Part shown: positions 1-7,246 of the stretch, piece by piece
Layout: every line of letters starts with the position of its first letter
Position numbering within the stretch: the stretch's first letter is position 1
Source: a virus
Virus record (IMG/VR): IMGVR_UViG_3300034092_003233
Location: 11,050-75,049 of that record
DNA length: 64,000 bases
Reading direction: 5' to 3' (one strand)
Notes under the pieces: generated by a model
The model's input: only the letters and a program-made list of their open reading frames with translations
Told to the model about the DNA's origin: nothing
Databases searched by the model: none
Made by a program: the position numbers and the translations under genes

Positions 1-2
1 AC

Positions 3-1169
3 AAAAAAATAGTTGAAGAACAAGATAAATTAAAAGATGATGTGGCAAATATGTTCCGAGAAATTTTTGATATTAGTGAAGAATTCCAAACTTCAATGAT
101 ATTAGAATCATTTAGTGGTGTTGGTAAGTTTGGAGCAAATAATGCTGCATGTGCAACTCATTTACTCGGAATGAATAAAGATGGAACTGGTGTAAAAGTT
201 GATGTAATCAGCGAATCCCTTGTTAGAAAAATTCTTCCAGATTTAAAAATAAGAGGAGCATTCAAGGGGAGATCTAGGGCAGTTAAAGGACAGAAGAAAA
301 AAATGAGATCTTTTTCTACTTTGTTTAATATTGATTATACACCAAGACTACACGAACAAATGGAAAATTCTGCTTTAGGTGTCCCAATGAGTTCTGTGAT
401 GAAAAATGATTTAGATCAAATTGGAAATGATGTTAATGCACTTATGATGTATTCCGACTTAGAACCACAAATAATGGTATCTAATGAAATTGATGTTACA
501 GATTATATGGATGGAACATCTAGAGGTTATAATCAAATTGTTATAGATGGTAGAAAAGTTTTCTCTATTCCGGTTATGGATTACCAACAATTTGAGGAAA
601 ACCCACAGGAGATTAATGAACAATCATACGAGTTCATAAATGATTTCTTGATTGAAAATAAAAATAACGAAGAAGCACTCAACATTGCATTGACTTCTGG
701 CTTAGTTTCACCCGAAACAATAATGATGTGTGATTTAGAGTCAGACTTAGCAAGTTTGTTAAATGAAATGTGGGAAAATAGTTTATTGTCTCCAGAAATG
801 TTTGCAAGTTTTGTGAACGAGGCAAGAAATTATAGAAAAGAATATGATAATTATCATAGTAAACCAAAACAAAGAAAAAATAGATCTAGCAGAGTATTGG
901 CTCGGCGCAAAAAGATAAAAAAGGGACATGTCCGTAAAGGGGATGGAAATGATGTTCACCACGAAGATGGGAATCCACAAAACAATTCGGATTCAAATCT
1001 CAAGGTTCTTTCAAAGAGCAAAAATAGATCTATGAACGAAGAACATGGTGCAGGAGAAGCCGGAACAGATGAATTGCGAAAAAAATATGTGGAAGAAACA
1101 CCATATATGATTGATCCAGTTAAGAAGATTTTAAAAGGAGTAGTTAAAAATGGCATCAAACGCAACTGA
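3..1169 (+). CDS. Large hypothetical (probably virion-internal) protein with C-terminal HNH-like motif; 5'-truncated by the window edge
   Basis: Frame is open from position 3 (KKIVEEQDKLKDDVANM...). The C-terminal RNYRKEY...DVHHEDGNPQNNSDSNLKVLSKSKNRS resembles the HNH-type module common in T4-like phages. Confidence 0.6.
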   Translation, partial: KKIVEEQDKLKDDVANMFREIFDISEEFQTSMILESFSGVGKFGANNAACATHLLGMNKDGTGVKVDVISESLVRKILPDLKIRGAFKGRSRAVKGQKKKMRSFSTLFNIDYTPRLHEQMENSALGVPMSSVMKNDLDQIGNDVNALMMYSDLEPQIMVSNEIDVTDYMDGTSRGYNQIVIDGRKVFSIPVMDYQQFEENPQEINEQSYEFINDFLIENKNNEEALNIALTSGLVSPETIMMCDLESDLASLLNEMWENSLLSPEMFASFVNEARNYRKEYDNYHSKPKQRKNRSSRVLARRKKIKKGHVRKGDGNDVHHEDGNPQNNSDSNLKVLSKSKNRSMNEEHGAGEAGTDELRKKYVEETPYMIDPVKKILKGVVKNGIKRN

Positions 1170-1767
1170 CATAATACTTCATTGGTTTGAAGTGGCGAGT
1201 ATTGTCACCGCAGTAACTGTTGGTGTCTTTCTTACTGGTATTAAACTTTTATTCAAAAAGAAATGTGATGAAAACAAAAAATTTATTCAAGTTCATAGCG
1301 AAATACACGAAACCCTTACAGAACTTAGAATCAAAACAGATGCAGCAAGAGCACAAGTTATACAATTCCACAATGGAGAATACTTCATGGATGGAGTTTC
1401 GATGCGTAAGTTCACTCTCACTCACGAATCTTTGTCTCGCGGGATGTCGGCCGATGCCGGAAGAATTAAAGGATTGCTCTGCTCGATGTTTCTTCCACTA
1501 CTAAATGCAGTAGTAGCAAATGATCCAAAAATCATTTCAATGTATGATTTAGAGCATTCATTTTTTAAACAATTTTTTGAAGATAATAATGTAGAAGGAT
1601 TCTGTGTTTTACCAATAACTATAAAAAACCAAATTACTGGATTCGTATTATTACAATGGTGCAATTCGACTAAATTTGATTTAGTTGATACTGGCGTGGT
1701 GAAGGAAATGATGCAAACTGCGAGAAGCGCAATAGAAGTACAAATAGCATCTCAGAAAAAAGGTTAA
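1150..1767 (+). CDS. Single-pass membrane protein with GAF-like domain (T4 holin T-like architecture)
   Basis: N-terminal TM segment (WFEVASIVTAVTVGVFLTGIKLLF) followed by a GAF-like pattern (ARAQVIQFHNG...FCVLPITIKNQITGFVLLQW); 205 aa. Confidence 0.5.
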   Translation: MASNATDIILHWFEVASIVTAVTVGVFLTGIKLLFKKKCDENKKFIQVHSEIHETLTELRIKTDAARAQVIQFHNGEYFMDGVSMRKFTLTHESLSRGMSADAGRIKGLLCSMFLPLLNAVVANDPKIISMYDLEHSFFKQFFEDNNVEGFCVLPITIKNQITGFVLLQWCNSTKFDLVDTGVVKEMMQTARSAIEVQIASQKKG

Positions 1768-1773
1768 ATACTA

Positions 1774-2847
1774 ATGTTAAATGAAGATTTAAGAAGATGG
1801 TTTAGAGAAAAATGGGTTGATATATCCAAAAAGACAAAAGGTGGAAAACATCCTCCATGTGGAAGAGAAAAAGCCAAAGATTCAAAATACCCAAAGTGTA
1901 GACCATCTGTTAGAGTTTCATCAGAAACACCAGAAACTTCTGGGGAAATGACGAAAACAGAAAAGAAAAAGGCAGTGACACAAAAAAGAAGAGCAGAATC
2001 CAAAGTTAGCACAGAAGGAAAAGGAAGAAAACCAGTTATGACATCTCACAAAAAAATAAATGAAGAAACTTTAAACAAAATAACTAACTTTGTTTTAAAA
2101 CAATCTATACCTATGGTGAACAATCGGTTTGAATTTAATTTCAATAAAACAATACTAGAAAATATTGATTCTTCCTTCTTAAACAAAAAAGTAATAATTC
2201 AATACTTGAACGAAGAAAATGCCCCAGTATTCCAAAAAGGCATATTTAAAATAGCATCAAATGTAAAAATTAAAGAAGGTAAAGATTTTGAAATATTGAC
2301 AAATTCAGAATCAATTGGCGTTAATTATGAAGACATTCTTTCGTTAAAAACCATCAATGACAAACATATTATTCAATATGATATTTTAAATGAAGGAAAG
2401 AACAAACCAACAAATGCAAAACTCTGGTCAAAAGCAAAGTCACTAGCAAAGCAAAAGTTCAAAGTATATCCAAGTGCCTACGCCAATGGTTGGGCAGCAA
2501 AGTGGTATAAAAAACACGGAGGTGGTTGGAAAACCGTAAATGAAGAAGTTCAGAACAACATAGAAATAAATGAAGAAACAAAAAAAATAGTATCAAAGTT
2601 AGTTTCTAATCTTCTTCCCTCTTTAAATGAAGAAATTGTAAATGCAAAACACGCAGGAACAATGACTAAAAAGGAAATAAAAAGCAGAGACAAAATTGCG
2701 AAGAAAATAAAAGCAAAACCCATAAAGGGCAAAGATACTGAAGAAAATGCCAAATATCGGCTTGCTACTTATATTGAATTACGCAAGAGGGGTCAAGAAC
2801 CAAAACCCAAAAAGAAGAAAACAAAAAAGAAAAAAGGTAAACCATGA
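1774..2847 (+). CDS. Basic multi-module protein (DUF5872-like modules), probable head-internal protein
   Basis: EDLRRWFREKWVDI...PCGR...YPKCRP and KPTNAKLWSKAK...YPSAYANGWAAKWYKKHGGGWK modules, separated by LNE/INEE linkers. Confidence 0.55.
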   Translation: MLNEDLRRWFREKWVDISKKTKGGKHPPCGREKAKDSKYPKCRPSVRVSSETPETSGEMTKTEKKKAVTQKRRAESKVSTEGKGRKPVMTSHKKINEETLNKITNFVLKQSIPMVNNRFEFNFNKTILENIDSSFLNKKVIIQYLNEENAPVFQKGIFKIASNVKIKEGKDFEILTNSESIGVNYEDILSLKTINDKHIIQYDILNEGKNKPTNAKLWSKAKSLAKQKFKVYPSAYANGWAAKWYKKHGGGWKTVNEEVQNNIEINEETKKIVSKLVSNLLPSLNEEIVNAKHAGTMTKKEIKSRDKIAKKIKAKPIKGKDTEENAKYRLATYIELRKRGQEPKPKKKKTKKKKGKP

Positions 2848-3032
2848 AAAGTTTTACTGATTATTTAAAAGAACAAGAACAACCAAGTTTACCTTGGGAA
2901 CACGCCATAGAGGCAAAAAAGAAGAGAGAACAAGAGGAAAACTGGGATAAAGAGTACGATAAACACGCAGACAGAGGTGGCGTATCACACAAACAGATCA
3001 TAAATTTGATCGGTGAACGCCCAAAAGACTAA
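2844..3032 (+). CDS. Small hypothetical protein with capsid-targeting-like N-terminus
   Basis: MKSFTDYLKE resembles the T4 internal-protein capsid-targeting sequence MKTYQEFIAE; ATGA overlap with the upstream ORF. Confidence 0.5.
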   Translation: MKSFTDYLKEQEQPSLPWEHAIEAKKKREQEENWDKEYDKHADRGGVSHKQIINLIGERPKD

Positions 3033-3051
3033 ATCCCCAACAAAAAAGCCG

Positions 3052-3059
3052 CATAAATA
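3052..3059 (+). promoter_or_regulatory. T4-type late promoter (CATAAATA)
   Basis: One mismatch to TATAAATA; intergenic; followed by GAGGA SD and ATG at 3075. Confidence 0.6.
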
Positions 3060-3074
3060 AACAAAGAGGACAAC

Positions 3075-3566
3075 ATGAAACGATTTAAAGAACTCAGAAA
3101 CGAAATTCAAGAACTCGCAGAAGATTATTCCGAAGGTGGTGGAATGGGTTATGACCCAACCCTTTCATCAAAGGGTAGATCTGCTGTTGATATGGTTCAA
3201 CCAACAAACTATAACAATGTAGAGGAACTGGATAAACTAAATGCATTCTTATCCGCATTTACATCTAGAACCTATCTAGATCCAAAATCTGCTTTATTCT
3301 TGCTCAGAGCAAAAATGAATCATGTAAATGTTGATTTTGACATGACTAAAGCAACAGAATTAGAGATCGGAAAGCAGTATGAACTTCCACTAATGAGATT
3401 TGGTGGTACATTCGGAACTTCACCGACTCACGATCTTGCACAAGGTTTTGAAAAGACTAATGGGTTCAACGGTGGAAATTTTGTTCTTCAATTGACTGTA
3501 GAGCCATCAGGTGGAGAAGAACGAAGAGCACCATATTTCATCAAGGCAAGAATCGTAGAGAAGTAA
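3075..3566 (+). CDS. Conserved T4-like phage hypothetical protein
   Basis: 163-aa ORF with SD; N-terminus MKRFKELRNE is capsid-targeting-like. Confidence 0.6.
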   Translation: MKRFKELRNEIQELAEDYSEGGGMGYDPTLSSKGRSAVDMVQPTNYNNVEELDKLNAFLSAFTSRTYLDPKSALFLLRAKMNHVNVDFDMTKATELEIGKQYELPLMRFGGTFGTSPTHDLAQGFEKTNGFNGGNFVLQLTVEPSGGEERRAPYFIKARIVEK

Positions 3567-3573
3567 TATTTTT

Positions 3574-3954
3574 ATGAAGTTTGGAATTCTTAATGATGAT
3601 AATTTTATGATGTTTGCTATGCAACATTATGATAATCCTGTTTGTAAAGGCATACAAGAATTCAATGATGATTTGACTAGAGTAAAGTATATAAAAAGAT
3701 TACTCAACAGATATGATAAAACAAAAGACTTGAAAGAAAGATTAATTCTAAATCACATAATTTTATTGAATAATGTATTTGGCAATGAAGCGTGTTCTAG
3801 AATTCTTTTCTTTAAGGTCTGTCCCAAACTTCATCCATATTTAAAGTCGTTTTTGGAATATTTAAATATATTGCCAAAAACAATACCGGAAGCCGATTTG
3901 ACTAAAATTATGAGTGATCATAGAATAAACATACTTTTAAAGAATCTAAAATGA
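3574..3954 (+). CDS. Conserved T4-like phage hypothetical protein
   Basis: LNDDNFMMFAMQHYDNP...KYIKRLL...LKERLILNHIILLNNVFG is a recognisable core family of aquatic T4-like phages. Confidence 0.75.
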   Translation: MKFGILNDDNFMMFAMQHYDNPVCKGIQEFNDDLTRVKYIKRLLNRYDKTKDLKERLILNHIILLNNVFGNEACSRILFFKVCPKLHPYLKSFLEYLNILPKTIPEADLTKIMSDHRINILLKNLK

Positions 3955-5588
3955 ATTCACTTTCTTATTCCAACATAGTAACAAGTTTCACAATATGGGA
4001 GTTTTTGTCGGAATTGACAAAACCATTCACCCAAATGGATATTTACAGGGTTGGGATAATAGACGCGAATGGTAAATTTCTCAAAGATCCGCAAGACTAC
4101 AAAACACAACAAGAAGCCAGAGCAGGGAATGCCTTTTATCGTCTTATAGTTGTTCTAAAGAGAGCATTACGAACATCATCAGATCCAATGGTTAGATACG
4201 CCATGACAAATCCGATGGCTGCTCTACGAGCATTGTCAGAAGAAGTAGAAACTCTTGGTGGGAATTCTAATTACTTTTTAGAGTATCTTACTCCCATTGT
4301 AGAAGAAATGTCTGTTGGTGGTGGTGGAATTGTTGGAGTGGGAGTTCCTGCTGACAAACCAGAGGATGTTGTAGTTACTCCACAAGCAGCCAAAAAGCAC
4401 AAGAGAAGAGTAAAAACAGGAGTTGGTAGAAAACTCTTTGAACAGTTATTAACCGAAGCAAAACGAGTTGTAGAAACAACCGGTCACATGACACATGTTG
4501 GTGATTTCTTATATCATGGTGATCCTATGGTTGCTATAAAGCATTTAGAAGCAACTCATAAAAGGTTTCATACTGGTAGGGAAACAAAAGATCATAAATT
4601 ATCATTGAAGGCTGATGGTGGGATGAGCATTGTTATAAAACGACACAAAGACGGAACTCCTGCTGTTGCTTATAAAACTGGTGCCGCAGAGTATCGAACC
4701 GAAAAGGAAATAGAAGCCGCGGGAAAACCACACTTAACCGCATCTCTTGTTCCAGCACTTCAATTGGCGAAAAAACTAAATTTAAGACCAGGAACAGCAG
4801 TACAAGGAGATTTGTTGTTTGCCGGCTCTGAGCATCGCGGTAGAGCACAGCCAAATGCAATTAATTATTCTGTTCCACATAATTCCACAATTGGTTTTGC
4901 TCCACATTCTGAATACAAAACAGATGGCGGAACATTAGATCTTAGAAAGACATCAAGCCATCCAGATCATTCGGGATTGCAAGCGGAAGGTGCATTTATT
5001 CCAAATTTGGCAATAACTAAAAAAACCAAACTAGCATTGACACCAAAAAGAAATGCTTTGATTTCCAAATCATTGACTGCTGCTAAAAAAATTCTGTCAG
5101 ATAAACAACTGATAAAATTCAGCAAATCATTACCATCAAATAAAAAATTTCACAAAATGTTACAAGAATACTCAAATCACGCAGCAAGAACAAGTGGTGT
5201 TAGAACTACTGATAATTTGAGAAAGTTCATTGATATTCACATGAACAAGGCATCTCAACGAGGTTTATCCGAAAAAACCAAAAAATCTATGGTAGATTCT
5301 TTTCATGGATTCATAAACACAAATTCGCATCATTTTGATAACCTTTTTGCAGCACACGGACACATAAACACGGCAAAACACGCCATGTTAGATCAATTTG
5401 GAGAACATCACGATCAATTTAGTCTTCGTACTCATGGTGGTGAAGAACACGAAGGATTTGTATCTGCTTTAGGTGTCCCCGGAGTTAGGGAAACCCAAGC
5501 AAAGTTTGTCAGAGAAGGTCCCGGTGGATTCCCAGAGAAGAATGTCAAAAATGCCATTATTCGCTTCGGAAAAGCACCAGAAGCATAA
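3951..5588 (+). CDS. Fusion of a conserved T4-like N-terminal domain and a DUF6267-like ligase-type nucleotidyltransferase domain
   Basis: N-terminal LTKPF...GIIDANGKFLK; C-terminal KADG, VQGDLLF, EGFV and AKFV appear in the order of covalent-NTase motifs I, III, IV and V. Confidence 0.55.
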   Translation: MNSLSYSNIVTSFTIWEFLSELTKPFTQMDIYRVGIIDANGKFLKDPQDYKTQQEARAGNAFYRLIVVLKRALRTSSDPMVRYAMTNPMAALRALSEEVETLGGNSNYFLEYLTPIVEEMSVGGGGIVGVGVPADKPEDVVVTPQAAKKHKRRVKTGVGRKLFEQLLTEAKRVVETTGHMTHVGDFLYHGDPMVAIKHLEATHKRFHTGRETKDHKLSLKADGGMSIVIKRHKDGTPAVAYKTGAAEYRTEKEIEAAGKPHLTASLVPALQLAKKLNLRPGTAVQGDLLFAGSEHRGRAQPNAINYSVPHNSTIGFAPHSEYKTDGGTLDLRKTSSHPDHSGLQAEGAFIPNLAITKKTKLALTPKRNALISKSLTAAKKILSDKQLIKFSKSLPSNKKFHKMLQEYSNHAARTSGVRTTDNLRKFIDIHMNKASQRGLSEKTKKSMVDSFHGFINTNSHHFDNLFAAHGHINTAKHAMLDQFGEHHDQFSLRTHGGEEHEGFVSALGVPGVRETQAKFVREGPGGFPEKNVKNAIIRFGKAPEA

Positions 5589-5591
5589 ATA
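5584..5591 (+). promoter_or_regulatory. T4-type late promoter (CATAAATA)
   Basis: Precedes GGAGG SD and ATG at 5611. Confidence 0.6.
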
Positions 5592-5610
5592 ACATAAACG
5601 GAGGTATAGT

Positions 5611-6048
5611 ATGTTTCCAACAGAATTGATTTCCATGCTAGGCGGTGGGATCACAGGGTTTCTTTTTAGGTATTGGGCGCAAAGAGCACAAGATCAAAAA
5701 GAAATGTTCCAAATGGCAATGGAAGCTAATAAGCAGACAACCGAGAATCAGGACAAAGCAGTAAAGAGAGTCCCAATTGATGTGGGTAAGGGCGTTCGTC
5801 AATTTATTGTTTTAACTGTTTTATTCGGAACAATTGCAGCACCATTTATACTACCATTTTTTGGTGTACCAACTTTCGTAGAAGTTGATGCAAAGAATCC
5901 AGAGGGGTTATTTGGTTTAATCCCAGAAACCACTAAGAAGTTCTTTGTTCAGATAAATGGATTCCTTTATACTTCCGAGAATAGACAAATTCTTCTTAGT
6001 ATCATTGGATTTTATTTTGGTACTGCCGCTGGCGGAAACAAATCATAA
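5611..6048 (+). CDS. Membrane protein with ~3 TM segments (holin-like)
   Basis: Hydrophobic segments at the N-terminus, middle (FIVLTVLFGTIAAPFILPFFG) and C-terminus (ILLSIIGFYFG); strong SD. Confidence 0.55.
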   Translation: MFPTELISMLGGGITGFLFRYWAQRAQDQKEMFQMAMEANKQTTENQDKAVKRVPIDVGKGVRQFIVLTVLFGTIAAPFILPFFGVPTFVEVDAKNPEGLFGLIPETTKKFFVQINGFLYTSENRQILLSIIGFYFGTAAGGNKS

Positions 6049-6057
6049 GGAGTTGCA

Positions 6058-6351
6058 ATGAGACTTATCATATCAGCGATCATTTTATTTTTACTTTTTG
6101 GGTGTGACACAACACCACAAATAATTCCAGACACAACTCCGGATAATGCAATCATATTGGGGATGAAGGACAGAATAAACGAGCCTGGTGCCGGGCATTC
6201 TTCGTATAGTTGGGTATTTTGGTATGTTCCAATTCTTATCATAGCACTTTTATGGGCGTATAGAGAATATATCCGTAAGCCACTTTTGTGCGATGATGGC
6301 GAACAAAAAGACGAAGTTGTAGAAACAAAAAACACACCATCTGGTGTGTAA
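6058..6351 (+). CDS. Lipoprotein with C-terminal TM helix (u-spanin-like topology)
   Basis: Signal peptide with lipobox LLFG-C; second hydrophobic helix WVFWYVPILIIALLWAY; AAGGAG SD. Confidence 0.5.
   Translation: MRLIISAIILFLLFGCDTTPQIIPDTTPDNAIILGMKDRINEPGAGHSSYSWVFWYVPILIIALLWAYREYIRKPLLCDDGEQKDEVVETKNTPSGV
6323..6349 (-). terminator. Intrinsic terminator closing the - strand ncRNA unit
   Basis: ACACACC-AGAT-GGTGTGT 7-bp stem (6332-6349) followed on the - strand by TTTTTGTTT. Confidence 0.6.
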
Positions 6352-6540
6352 TTTGCTCCTCAGATTGGAAATCAATTAGAGGGAGCCATGCGAAAAAGGA
6401 TTAGTATGGTTTTACCGAAGCACTCTCAATTTGCACATCTTCAAAAGGGACCCCTATTACAAGGAGGTGATCCAGCCATTACACTCTGGGACAATCCCGG
6501 TATGAGAGCCGTTGATAAGGTTAACTCCACTCCAACTGAT
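6325..6540 (-). ncRNA. Candidate late-expressed ~215-nt ncRNA containing the 16S rRNA 3' tail (anti-Shine-Dalgarno)
   Basis: Perfect late promoter at 6545-6552 and terminator at 6323-6349. Exact GGCTGGATCACCTCCTT at 6477-6461. Several stems; only very short ORFs on this strand. Confidence 0.6.
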
Positions 6541-6544
6541 AGAT

Positions 6545-6552
6545 TATTTATA
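6545..6552 (-). promoter_or_regulatory. T4 late promoter, perfect TATAAATA
   Basis: + strand tatttata at 6545-6552, intergenic; gp55 late sigma is encoded in the window. Confidence 0.7.
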
Positions 6553-6581
6553 ATTTATTCAGTTTTGGAAAAATAAACATA

Positions 6582-7142
6582 CTATTCTTTGGCAGAAATA
6601 GTCTGCCATAAACTCTTACAGATGTAATAAGAGTCTACGATGTCGGAAACGGGGTTTCCGACATCTTTTTTATTGGGGGTAATAATATCTTTCAGCATTA
6701 ATCCAGTTTCGGATACAAAAGCATTGTACATCGATTCTTTGTCCGCATTTCCCTTCCCCGTCGCGTTCTTTTTCACTACTGTGGGTGGAATCGTATCCAC
6801 TGGTATCCCCTGCTGAAATAGTTTGTATTTCAAGATTCCAGTATTTTCCGCTATATGAAATACTCTGCCCTTGGCGGCGTAGGCGTAATCTTCTATGCCA
6901 ACCATCTTGCAACCGATTAGGTATTGAATAGCCCATTCCGAAATTGTGTCGTATCTTTGACATTCGCTATTGTAATCCTCAAATGATTCACCACGAACAT
7001 TTCCAATAAAGGTTGTTTGTAGTTTTTTAACATCAGACAAAAAGTAAACCATGCAAGTATTGAAAGAAAACCCACCCAAGGCAGAGTTGTATATACAAAT
7101 ACTAGGAGAGGTTAAACTATAATCAATTCCCGCATATATCAT
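6582..7142 (-). CDS. RuvC-like (RNase H fold) nuclease / Holliday junction resolvase
   Basis: AGIDYSLTSP (first catalytic D), GIEDYAY (E), KKNATGKGNADK, SDIVDSYYI (D..D). Confidence 0.8.
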   Translation of the reverse strand: MIYAGIDYSLTSPSICIYNSALGGFSFNTCMVYFLSDVKKLQTTFIGNVRGESFEDYNSECQRYDTISEWAIQYLIGCKMVGIEDYAYAAKGRVFHIAENTGILKYKLFQQGIPVDTIPPTVVKKNATGKGNADKESMYNAFVSETGLMLKDIITPNKKDVGNPVSDIVDSYYICKSLWQTISAKE

Positions 7143-7147
7143 GTAGG

Positions 7148-7155
7148 TATTTATT
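7148..7155 (-). promoter_or_regulatory. Late promoter (AATAAATA) 5 nt upstream of the RuvC-like ATG
   Basis: AATAAATA-cctac-ATG; no room for an SD. Confidence 0.55.
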
Positions 7156-7161
7156 AACCTA

Positions 7162-7242
7162 ACAGGAGTAGTGGTTCCGGCGGCCTGAAGATCGGTACTT
7201 CAAACGATCCTGAGGCGAAGCGGGTCCGGCCACTACTCCTGT
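7162..7242. ncRNA. GC-rich 81-nt long-hairpin element of unknown function
   Basis: Perfect 13-bp closing stem ACAGGAGTAGTGG/CCACTACTCCTGT with nested GCCT/AGGC and GATCG/CGATC helices; fills the dcm-ruvC gap. Confidence 0.5.
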
Positions 7243-7246
7243 ACTA

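Noticed and set aside
6461-6477. A true rRNA gene or fragment
   Set aside because: The match is limited to 17 nt; the 5' strand and GGAA loop of helix 45 and the GTCGTAACAAGG motif are absent. A faint resemblance of GGAGTGG...TTAACCTT to helix 44 is too short to support.
6388-6576. 62-aa + strand ORF preceded by GGGAG, spanning the 16S-like 17-mer
   Set aside because: No recognisable protein features, and it overlaps a - strand promoter-to-terminator unit. The AAGGAGGTGA is mid-ORF and ~30 nt from the next ATG, too far to act as its SD. Not formally excluded.
7162-7242. Hammerhead ribozyme, SRP RNA or tRNA identity for the hairpin
   Set aside because: CTGAAGA is present but there is no GAAA after stem II; no SRP GNRA loop with CAGG/AGCA symmetric loop; no cloverleaf or T-loop.
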